This document shows, one piece after another, positions 1-10,955 of a stretch of 64,000 nt of DNA. How positions within the stretch are numbered: position 1 is the first letter of the stretch; every line of letters begins with the position of its first letter. The DNA is from Octopus sinensis. Taxonomy: Eukaryota. The DNA lies in contig NC_043004.1 in the NCBI RefSeq assembly GCF_006345805.1, forward strand, positions 73,842,001 to 73,906,000, written 5' to 3'. Below the pieces are notes generated by a model. It worked only from the letters and a program-made list of their open reading frames with translations. It made no database searches and was not told where the DNA came from. The position numbers and the translations under genes are program-made.

Positions 1-13
1 CTACACGAGTTAA

Positions 14-89
<76 letters not shown>

Positions 90-124
90 GCGATGACGAT
101 GACGACGATGATGATGATGATGAT
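14..124. repeat. (AAT)n plus (GAT/GAC)n microsatellite
   Basis: Direct triplet repeats; they explain the poly-L/S ORF 10..261. Confidence 0.95.
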
Positions 125-133
125 CTATAACGC

Positions 134-205
134 TTACTCTTTTTTTTTATTCTTTTTCCTGTTTCAGTCATTTGACTGTGACCATGCTGGAGCACCGCCT
201 TTAGA
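134..205 (-). mobile_element. SINE family A, 3' tail fragment
   Basis: Reverse complement of the ggcggtgctccagcatgg...cagtcaaatgactgaaac tail seen in full A copies (e.g. 13726-14127). Confidence 0.8.
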
Positions 206-457
206 CCTGACGCGACACAGAGGCAGATTACAGAGGCCATACACATAGTAATATATGACATGGGTGTATGACAACAGTTCTCAGATTATGGACATAGAAT
301 AAGAACAATAATAGTAAACAAGTGAAGAGCGACTATACAGTGCGTGTGTTTATTTAACAAGAAAAACGACAGTCCCGAAATATAACTACACACACACACA
401 CACACAACACACATATATATATATATATATATACATACATATATATAATGTGTGTGT

Positions 458-691
458 ATTCTTTTATTCTTTTATTCTTTTACTTGTTTCAGCCATTTGA
501 CTGCCGCCACGCTGGAGCTCCGCCTTTACTCAAAGAAATCAACCCCAGGACTAATTCTTTGTAAGCATAGAACTTATTCTATCGGTCTCTTTTGCCGAAC
601 CGCTTGTTACGGGGACATAAACACACCAGCATCGGTTGTCAAGCGATGGTGGGGGACAAGTCGGATACACAAATAACACACACACACACAC

Positions 692-777
<86 letters not shown>

Positions 778-790
778 CATACGACGGGCT
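458..790 (-). mobile_element. SINE family A, 5'-truncated, with expanded internal (TA)n
   Basis: Matches body and tail of other A copies; stops at acgacgggct. Confidence 0.85.
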
Positions 791-1080
791 CCCCCAACTA
801 GCAATATATGTTGTATATAAAGGGTGCAGCGTCGCACCGATAACCAGCCGGCGGACGATCTGCTTGGGGTTAAACTAGTAGTAATATGGAACAGCCACTT
901 TGTTTTTATGCGACTGACTACTTTTTATATCTGATTCGTTTTTGGAATCGTCTCTCGAAGTAATATAACGCAATAAACAATTGCATGAAATTTGAAGATG
1001 AAATATGTATATGTGTGCGTGTATTTGTATTAACAGCTTCATTCACAATTACGATACGTACCTATCTGCATCTGCGCGCA

Positions 1081-1461
1081 CACACACACACACACATTTA
1101 CATCCATCCATCCATCCATACATACATACATATATACATACATACATACATACATACATACATACATACATACATACATACATACATACATACATACATA
1201 CATACTACACACACACATACATACATACATACATACATACATACATACATACATACATACATGCATGCATACATTACATACATACATACACGCATACATT
1301 ACATACATACATACACGCATACATTACATATATACATACATACATACATACATACATACATACATACATGCATACATACATACATACATACATACATACA
1401 TACATACATACATACATACATACATACATACATACATACATACATACATACATACATACAT
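1081..1461. repeat. (CA)n/(ACAT)n microsatellite
   Basis: Tetranucleotide array; explains HTYI/MYVC ORFs. Confidence 0.95.
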
Positions 1462-1977
1462 AAACTGTAATCATTTTCAAACTTATGGGTTTTCCTCCTC
1501 GCCGCTGTGTTTGTTGTCAGTTCCGCACCAATTCTTTCAACAACCCACTCAAAAGTTCACATCAGACGCTCAGTCATTTCCACCCAACCTAGGTTTTATG
1601 CCACGGGGAACAACCTACCCACGCTCGTTTCTTAGTCACCAAAATATGGTGACATATAAAAGACAGGGTCAACAAGGTCAGTAGAATGGACTTCTCATTT
1701 TTTGTCTTTTCCTCTTTAATTTTGCAATCCCACATGAAATTTCCTGCATCTGACTTCATTTCGTGATGTTCTATGTACATACATATTATTTTGCATAGAG
1801 GGCAGCACGGAATATTTCCCTTATCAGCTATTAATTGGAGTTGACCTCAACGATTTGTATGTATACATATACATGCATTTATATGTGTGTGTGGTGTGTG
1901 TGTGTATGTGTGTGTGTGTGCGTGTGTGCCTGCGTGTGTGTGCTTATGAAGGGACATGGCCTAGTGGTACATATGGT

Positions 1978-2645
1978 AGGGCCTGTTGAGGAAAAGAAAT
2001 TATGTTGCAGTGTACATATATGCTGTGATCTTGAATTGGGCAGGGGACGTATGGCCCGTGGTCCCAGTCTTGGATGAACCTTGAAGCTAATGTTCAGGTC
2101 GTTTGGGCAAAGTTGGCGGTATATTCTCCACATCGTACAAATGATGTACCGCTCACGGCGACGCTGGAGAGAGTAGAGTTTCAAGGCTTTAAGGCGATCC
2201 CAATAATCGATAGCAGCCATACCTTCAATTCGTTTAGTGAGTGCCCTCTGGGGTGATTCAATCCTCGAGATGTTTTGTCTTGTATGGGGAGACCACAGTG
2301 GGCAGCAGTATTCGAGGTGTGGCCGTGCAAAGGAGGAGAAAAGTGGTATGATGACACCTTGTTCTCTGGACCGGAAAGTTCTTAAGATCCAGGAACTCAT
2401 CCTATGAGCTATATCGACCTTATTGTTGATGTGCGCACTCTAACTGAGATCGTCATCAACAATTACACCCAGGTCTCTGATATTGTTAGAGGCTGTGAGC
2501 GGTTCCCCTGAAGGAAGAGAGTATGGCTGTTTTAATGAGGAATTTCTTCCAAAATGCATCAGCTCAAATTTTCCCTCGTTCAGTTGCATTTTGTTTCTGT
2601 CTGCCCATTGACTCACAGCATATAGATCAGACTGGTGATGACTGA
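1978..2645 (-). mobile_element. CR1/L2-group LINE, RT C-terminal fragment (pseudogenised)
   Basis: ORFs 2440..2694 and 1879..2400 are in one frame broken by a single TAG (W>stop). Motifs QSDL..V..WA..N.M.LN..K, RPHLEYCCPLWSP, LYSLQRRRERY. Near-identical to 60774-61040. Confidence 0.85.
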
Positions 2646-2912
2646 GGCCATGCTGGAGCACCGCTAAGTTACGGGGACGTAAACACACCAGCATCGGTTG
2701 TCAAGCGATGCTGGGGGGACAAACACAGGCACACAAAAAACATATACACACATACATATACATACATAACTTAGCGGTTCGGCAAAAGAGACCAATAGAA
2801 TAAGTACTAGGCTTACAAAGAATAAGTCCTGGGGTCGATTTGCTCGACTAAAAGCGGTGCTCCAGCATGGTCGCAGTCAAATGACTGAAACAAGTAAAAC
2901 AGTAAAAGTGTA
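2646..2912. mobile_element. SINE A composite with internal inversion
   Basis: About 2646-2765 is antisense A (mid-body); 2768-2912 is sense A 3' part with tail. Confidence 0.8.
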
Positions 2913-2944
<32 letters not shown>

Positions 2945-3007
2945 ATGTATATGTATATGTATATACATGTATATGTATATACACACATATATATATATAT
3001 ATATGCA

Positions 3008-3069
<62 letters not shown>

Positions 3070-3143
3070 TACACATATATACATATACATATATATGCAT
3101 ACGTATACATATATATATATGTACGCATGCATATATATATATA
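2913..3143. repeat. (TA)n-rich compound microsatellite
   Basis: Direct inspection. Confidence 0.95.
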
Positions 3144-3835
3144 GAGCAGTGTAAGATATGAATGTACAAGATATATATAAATGAGTATAAGATGTGAATT
3201 CAGTAAAGTTTCTTTGTATATTGTATAGTCAGTAGTTTGAAGTGCTCTGATAAAAACTCGAGATGCCCGATATGAAAAAAAAATTAAAAAAAGAGGAATA
3301 CCACCAACAGTTTCTAAACAGGATTACATATTTTCTTGGATTAATTACATATATTTTCTGAACAATCTAATCTCAACGCTATGATTTTTCTCCATTCGCA
3401 CTTTTTCTAAGAGTTTATTCTATTCACCTTCTCGTAACAGAATGTTTTTAAATATTTTGCCAATGCCATTCTACAACGCCTTTCGATACGAGTGTAATTC
3501 TAAATGTCTTTATATATATCTTTATACAGCTGCACTTTTCTACGTCTACACCTTTATAACTTAATCTCATTCGTCTATTTATATATGAATATTGAATTTT
3601 TATACATTTATGTTTCATAGATTTTTAATATGTTTTAATATTTTGACGATTGATATATTTGTATATTTAAAAACTGATATACATCGGTTAATGGCGCAAT
3701 ATATGATTTTTTTATTTTGATTTTTGATTTTTCCAGTTTCAGCTCATGAGCTGTGACCATGCTGGGGCACCGCCATTATGTTTATATAAATTGTTGAACG
3801 TATTTGAATTCTCCTTAAAATTTTATATATATATA

Positions 3836-3906
3836 TAAACTTAGATAAACTTAGATATGTTTCGACTAAAGATTGGTCCGGGCCATGTCTAACTTAATAG
3901 CACCAC

Positions 3907-3910
<4 letters not shown>
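3836..3910 (-). mobile_element. Extreme 3' terminus (about 75 bp) of the CR1-like LINE
   Basis: Reverse complement matches 61176-61249 (tcaggtggtgctattaagtt...gtcgaaacatatctaagttt-atctaagttt); flanked by (TA)n on both sides. Confidence 0.85.
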
Positions 3911-3954
<44 letters not shown>

Positions 3955-3958
<4 letters not shown>

Positions 3959-4075
3959 TGTTATATTCCGTTAGGAATGTGGTAGAGTACAGTATAAAGC
4001 CCGTCCACATTCAGAATTACCCATTATTATCGGTAGTATTATTATATACTGCCACGTTTAAATTTGGGCATTCCT
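3955..4075. repeat. Unclassified interspersed repeat, possibly Penelope-like; second copy at about 39425-39545
   Basis: tagagtacagtataaagcccgtccacattcagaattaccc vs tagaatacagtataaagctggtccaccttcagatttaccc. Confidence 0.45.
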
Positions 4076-4111
4076 CCTGTGTATGTATGTATGTATATAT
4101 ATATATATATG

Positions 4112-4160
<49 letters not shown>

Positions 4161-4161
4161 G

Positions 4162-4216
<55 letters not shown>

Positions 4217-4365
4217 GAGAGAGAGAGAGTAAGAGAGAGAATGAGAGAGAGAGAGAGTGAGAACTAAGCTAGCTACCTAGCTAGCTACCTAGCTAGATAG
4301 ATAGATAGGTAGGTTGGTAGGTAGGTACATACATACATACATACAATCATACATACATACATACA

Positions 4366-4396
<31 letters not shown>

Positions 4397-4504
4397 TCAT
4401 ATATAGGTATATATGAATGTATGTATGTATGTTTGTATGTATACATGTATGTGTGAGTATGTGTGTGTATATTTTTGTGTTTGTGTGTGCTATATATGTT
4501 AGTG

Positions 4505-4695
4505 AGTGTGTGTTTGTGTTTGTCTCTTACCACTGCTTGACAACCGGCATTGGTTTGTTTACGTTCCTGTAACCTAGCTGTTCTATAAAACAAAACGATA
4601 TAATAAACACTGAGACCGATTCGTTCGACTAAAACCTTCCTATGCGGTGACCCTGCATGGCTGCTGTCCAATGACTGAACTAGTAAAAGAAAAAT
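4505..4695 (+). mobile_element. Old diverged SINE A-like 3' half
   Basis: gcttgacaaccgg...gtttacgtt...cgactaaa...gcggtg...atgactgaa collinear with A. Confidence 0.6.
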
Positions 4696-4826
4696 GTTTC
4701 TATACCCAACTATGCAACTAAGCAGTTTTCTTGGCAGCCACGTGGCTTCAGATTGTCTTTTACTCTTCAACCTTGGAATTCTGCATGAAATTTCAAGCAT
4801 CTGGCTTTACCTACCGTGATATGTTA

Positions 4827-5236
4827 TAGGAGTGGCTGTGTGGTAAGTAGCTTGCTTACCAACCAGATGGTTCCGGGTTCAGTCCACTGCATGGAACATT
4901 GGGCAAAGTGTCTTCTACTATAGCCTCGGGCCGATCAAAGCTTTGTGAATGGATTTGATAGACGGAAACTCAAAGAAGCCCATCGTATATATGTATATAT
5001 ATATATATTTGTATGTGTGTGCATATGTTTGTGTGTCTGTGTTTGCCCCCACCCAACATCGCTTGACAACCGATGCTGGTATGTTTACGTTCCCGTAACT
5101 TAGCGGTTTGGCAAAAGAAATCGATAGAATAAGTCCAAGGCTTACAAAGAATAAGTCCTGGGGTCGATTTGCTCGACTAAAGGCGGTGCTCCAGCATGGC
5201 CGCAGTCAAATGCCCGAAACAAATAAAAAGAAAGAG
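4827..5236 (+). mobile_element. SINE family A, full length
   Basis: tRNA-like head (A box TGGCTGTGTGG, B box GGTTCAGTCC), internal TA/TG tract, taaaag-type tail. Confidence 0.9.
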
Positions 5237-5684
5237 TACCTATATGTTATTTTATACACAACTAACACCATAGAGCATTCTCTTTATCCCAACGATTTCG
5301 GGCAATTTCCGACCGTGACACTCCCGTCAGCGTCGACGATCATCGTCAACGGTACCATAGAATATTCGGCCCAAGCAAAAGTAAGATACATTTTTACCCG
5401 TTATTCGCGGAAGTAAAATGTTAAACTTGAGGCGGTTATAACCAGTTTAACCATCCAGCGATTATTTTTGTTTTACTACCGCCTGAAGATTTGTTTGCGC
5501 CTTCTTCTTTCTTTCACATGTCTCTGCCATATTTACGCGGTCACTCCCCATCCCATACAGGCAGACAGACAGAGAGATAGATTGATAGTACTTACACATA
5601 CACACACACACACACACACATATATATGTGTGTGTGTTCGTACTCTTATTTAATTCACAATGCTATTTATTGTAAGGTTGATTA

Positions 5685-6008
5685 CATACATACATACATA
5701 CACACACACATACATACATACATAAATACATACATACATACATACATACATACATACACACACACATACATACATAAATACATACATACGTACGTACGTA
5801 TATACATACATACATACGTACATACATACATACATACACACATACATACATACATACATTCATACATACATACATACATACGTACGTAAGTACGTATATA
5901 CATACATACAGACAGACAGACATACATACATACGTACGTACATACATACATACATACATACATACATACATACATACATACATACATACATACATACATA
6001 CATACATA
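5685..6008. repeat. (ACAT)n microsatellite
   Basis: Direct inspection. Confidence 0.95.
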
Positions 6009-6134
6009 GACGTAAATATATATGAAGGCACTGTGAATAAAGATAGAATGACCCGAGAATATTACACGAGACTTAGGAAAATATGGCAGTCGGAACTCTC
6101 TGTCTTACAACAAAACAATATCCCACAATGCATT

Positions 6135-7430
6135 TTCAGTACCAGTGCTGATCCCAACATTTGTGATACTTGATCAGACTGTAGAGGAAATCCACTCCAT
6201 AGATATCAAAACTCGCAAAATCCTGACAACTGGGAACTTCCACAGAAACAGTGATGTTGACAGGCTCTACCTAAGAAGAAATGAGGTAGTAGAGGCCTGA
6301 GATCAGTGCAGGCGGCCTTCGAATGCCGTGTGGTATCACTCAAATAGCACCTTCTGAACAACAGCAGCAAAAATAAATATATAAATCCAGTTTTGAAAAG
6401 TGAAGTGAGCAACATTGTACGAATTGGCAGTGAGCTCTTCAAGAAGCAGTCTCTCCCTGATGATTTATACAGCCCCAAAGCAGCTGGGCTCTCTTACCTC
6501 AGAGAAAACCTGGAAAGCACACAGCTTACAAAAAGAAAAAATAAATAAATAAAAATTCTATGCATGGGTATGTTACCCGGAAGCTTGAAGAAGACAGTGG
6601 AATTGACACGAAGCGCAGCCTCTCTTGGACACAAGACCACTACATCACATCACACTTTGAGGGCTATTCGTTTGCAATCCAGGAACAGGAGATTGCCACA
6701 AAGTACCAGGTGAACAAGAGAGACAGTGACGCTCTAAGGTGCAACAGCATGTGTAGGCTATGTCATGTTTCTGTGGAAAACATTACGCATGTGATTAGTA
6801 GCTGCCCTAAAATGTCGTCACGGTACTACCTCCTTATACGGCACGATGTTGTTGCTAAAACGATTTACAATGTCATCCGCAAAAAAGACTGTCCTGAAAT
6901 AAACTTAGTAAATCCCTCAGTTATGGAATACATTCATAAACACCAACTCAAGGAATACTAGTGGAATATTCCCATCAAAACTTCTGTCAAATGTAAACAT
7001 TCCCGCCGGATATTGTTGTTTGGCACAGAAGGGCAAAGGTATGTACCATCATAGAGGTCAGCTGCCCTGCAGATATAAATATCTCTTTGAAAATCAACGA
7101 AAACAGGATATCTATGGACAACTGCTTCGAAACCTTTAGCTTCTATATCCAGACTATGAATTCATATTCATACCAATAATAATTGGAGCAATAGGTTTTG
7201 TCAGTAAATGCTTAAGGGAGAATCTGAATAAACTGGGATTTTCAGAAAGAGAAATCGACCGGCTAATTAGTACATTACACGTGAAAGCTGTGAGTGGAAC
7301 AGTAAAAATATGCAACACTTTTTTTCAAGTTCCAAATGTTTAATTTGTCTGTGTTAACTACATCCTAAAGTTGGAGCCTTGTATCTTTCTTGGAAACTGG
7401 CTCTCTCCTCAATGGAAGAATTATAATAAT
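6135..7430 (+). mobile_element. RLE-type non-LTR retrotransposon (R4-like), degenerate 3' part
   Basis: DIKTRKIL..NFHRNSDVDRLYL..GRGL (RT thumb); CRLC..ENITHVISSC zinc knuckle; RHDVVAK; RPD..E endonuclease region; several stops and frameshifts. Confidence 0.85.
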
Positions 7431-7474
7431 TAAAAAAATAGAAGAAACACGCACATACATAGCGAAAGAGAAAT

Positions 7475-7560
7475 CTAGTTACTCTATCCAAATTACAAGT
7501 TCAGGTTTATAGCTGTAATTATCGAGGCACTGAGATATGTAGCACACTGCCTAAGTACCA
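7475..7560 (+). mobile_element. Small second fragment of the same RLE C-terminus
   Basis: Translates LLYPNYKFRFIAVIIEALRYVAHCLS, similar to LYPDYEFIFIPIIIGAIGFVSKCL at about 7140-7215. Confidence 0.55.
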
Positions 7561-8103
7561 ATATTATTAAATCAGGCTTCATACTCATACATACCGATTC
7601 CTCACGAGTGGGATACTGTGCAACTAGTTATATATTTACGCACACAAAGCACATGTTCACATGCATATAAAATATTTTGCTATATTTGTCACCATTTTTT
7701 TCAATACTGTCATGTGCAAAGATGGATATACAATAGTATCATGTATGTTCGTTTAATTATGTGTTATTGAATATACGTGTGTTTGTATTTGTTTGTGTAT
7801 ACATATACATGTGACCATTGTAAGTAAAACGTCAATGAATCTGCCTTTGCCTGTTTCGCTCTCTTTATATGCTTCTTTTATACTTTTCATTGTGTGCGCG
7901 TGTGGGAATATTTATTTAAATCTATTTGCATATGTCTATGTGTTAAATAGCGAACGACCTGCATATATGCACGTGAACCTATGAGTGAATGTTTGTGAGT
8001 ATAGAAAGAGTGTGTGTGTATATACGTATAAGCGTGTGTGCGCTTATACAAGTGTATATACGAATTCTTGTGATATATTATAGTAAGACAACAGAGCAAC
8101 ATA

Positions 8104-8318
8104 TTGGATTGTCCGGAAAGTTCGTGCCGATTTTTAAAGGAAAGAAAAAGGTCAATAAATACTTGCCATTACACTTTTAATCAACCAAATATGAACCATT
8201 TTGTTGCACAATCTTTCCTTTAACTTGAAAATACCCTCTTCCCAGAATTGAGGTGCCTGGGAGGGTAAGTCGAAAGGTAAGCTAGTATAAATCGGCACGA
8301 ACTTTCCGGACAACCCAA
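8104..8318 (-). mobile_element. Mariner-derived MITE (internal deletion derivative of 45109-46391)
   Basis: TIRs ttgg(a/g)ttgtccggaaagttcgtgccgattt; TA on the left, TG on the right; interior matches both ends of the full mariner. Confidence 0.9.
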
Positions 8319-8974
8319 TGCTATGCTATACCATAACCATGTTGCCTGAGATACACCAGTACACTGAATTCTTGTGTGCGTGTATGAGAAAATGCTAGAA
8401 ATTGTCTGCGTGCATATGCGTGTGTGTTTGTAAGTGTATGAGTATGTGGATACATTTGGAGGTCTGTACGTGTAAATATGCCCTTATGCGTATATGCGAG
8501 TAATGTTTGTATGTGAGTGAACGCTCATGAGCGCATGTGCGACTAAGAGAGAGTATGGATGTGTTACAAAATGCTTTCGTCTCTACGGGTCTGTGTTTTC
8601 ATGTAGCGTGCGTGAGAATGTATATGTGTGTGTGTGTGTGGCGCGCGCGCGCACGTGCATGTGTATGTGTGTGTACACACACATACTAAGAAGAAGCCCA
8701 TAAATATACTAAGGGTGTGTTGTAAGTACAACGTTCTGAACATTAGGTTTACGTTTTGATAAAAGAGGAAACCATGTTGTTGATCTAGCACAGCTGCGAG
8801 CACCAGCTCTCAACTGGGCCCCTCGTGGGATACTTGCTTCCTCATCCGAGAAGATGCGATGAAACATCATCTTCACTGATTTCAAACGAAACACTCTTGA
8901 ATGATTCCACTCGAAGGAGCAATACTTACCTATAGTCTCCCCGAGACCACACGGGTGGCATCCATCGTGGGCTG

Positions 8975-8998
8975 AACTCACACACACACAAACACACA

Positions 8999-9051
<53 letters not shown>

Positions 9052-9900
9052 ATACGCACACACTCACGCACACGCACATGCGCTCGCGCACGCACGCACA
9101 TATGTACGCACATACGCACGCACATATGCACATGCGCACTCACACAGATGACACGTAAAGAAACACGCGCGCGCACATGCAGAATCACACACAGGCACTT
9201 ATACACACACACAGTCTTACAGAGACACGAACAGGTAAATATACCAAAACACTGACAAATAGCATTTGACACAGACGTAGAAAAACAGACACACACACAC
9301 ACATTCACATAGACATGCACACACATACACACACACTCATGCACAGACACACATACGCACCTACTGAGACGCAAACACTATTCTTCACCTAAACATTCAT
9401 AAATTCAATACATACATGCATGGATACATGCATATATACACGCATAAGTATATACACACATAAATAAATAAATATATATATATATATACATGCATACATA
9501 CACGCATAAATATATATTTATATATATACATGACCGTACGTACATGTATATACATGTTACAAGTACAAAAATGCGTACATTCGTATATATGTATATATAT
9601 ATATATAATATATATATATATATTATATATATATATATATATAATATATATATATATATACACATATACATACATACACACACGCACACACACATATATG
9701 TATATATATATACATACATTCTTACATGTACATAATACAAGCATACATACGTATATAATACATACGTGCACGCAAATGTAACACAAACTAACGCACTTAT
9801 ACACATGCAAGTATGTATATGCGTGTATAAACACTGACTCGCACGCTCGCGCGCACACACACACACAAAAGTCTATATGCATGCATAAACGCACACCCGT
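8975..9900. repeat. Compound (CA)n/(CG)n/(TA)n low-complexity tract
   Basis: Direct inspection. Confidence 0.9.
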
Positions 9901-10772
9901 ATGTTTGATCGTGTGCATGGGTGCGTGTTGTAGTGAATGTATTATGTTCTAATTTTATATTTTTACAATTTTTTTCTTTTCCTTTCGTATACCCTCGTGA
10001 GTTCTATGCTGTTTGCGTGAAAAAGTACAATTGCTAAAACCAACAACATTTCTAGACTTTCCTCGCCTCATCCTCAGGATGAAGCGGATTACCGAGTTTT
10101 TGTGTCTTTATAGAAGGCAGAGACAATGTGATTGATGTAGGCGTTATTGCTGAAATTTTGAGTTTTATTCGTTAGATTTATACATCATCAATCGTGTTTA
10201 TTTTTGTTTGTTACTCGTGTATGTTATTTGCGTATTTTTGTTGACAACATGTTGCGCTATGAAGACTCATAACTGGAACATCTTTACTCTTAGGTCCACT
10301 GAATGAGTTTGATTTAAGGTCAAACAACAACGACAGCATTAATACAACAACAACAACAAGTCAAGAAAACAATTATGCGGTCACTTGGCGTGTTAGAAAT
10401 AGCAGCCAAATTTACCCAACTCATGTCCAAGCGACACAAAATGAGATTAATGCTGTCTCTAATATACAAAGAATCTAGATGGTCACTACTGGAACGCCTT
10501 TCAATAATAGATTGACTCGAACATGTTTTTCTTAATGACTACAAAAAATAAAACCAGACCATTAAAAAGAATTCTGTTTCTAAGATAAGAAAGTACTTGA
10601 GTTATTGACTCTATGAAGGTCTTATCTGTGACTTGTCTCTACAACTCGTCTTAGACTCATCGGGACTATTCATAGGTACTACCCCCTTCAGAGGTATTAT
10701 CCGCTTGCTAACATCAACACACAGTGTCTAAACCAGTCAGTGTCTACAGACTGTCCAATCAATCCTTTTTAC

Positions 10773-10955
10773 TACTCGCACAATTTGTGGGGGGGGGAGA
10801 CTAGTCGATTTCTCAAATGGGTACTTATTTCATCGACTCCGAAAGTATGAAAGACAATGTCGACCTCGGTGGTGTTTGAACCGAAAAGCTGCAGGTGATG
10901 CCGATGAGCATTTTTTCCAGTGTGCTAACGACTCTGCCAGCTCACCCCCCCCCCC
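10773..10955 (-). mobile_element. SINE family B (old copy)
   Basis: Reverse complement of ggtgagctggcagagtcgttagcac head and gtcgac..ctttcat..ctttcgg..gtcgat core. Confidence 0.7.

Noticed and set aside
1725-1765. catgaaatttc..gcatctg similarity with about 4784-4805
   Set aside because: Match is too short to support a family
4827-4900. tRNA-like sequences at the heads of families A, B and C
   Set aside because: Always continuous with SINE bodies and lacking a complete acceptor stem; not called as tRNA genes
10370-10520. Old dispersed repeat family (gaaatagcagccaa...atggtcac), with likely relatives near 15060, 51690, 55860 and 63880
   Set aside because: Too diverged to bound or classify by eye; noted but not annotated
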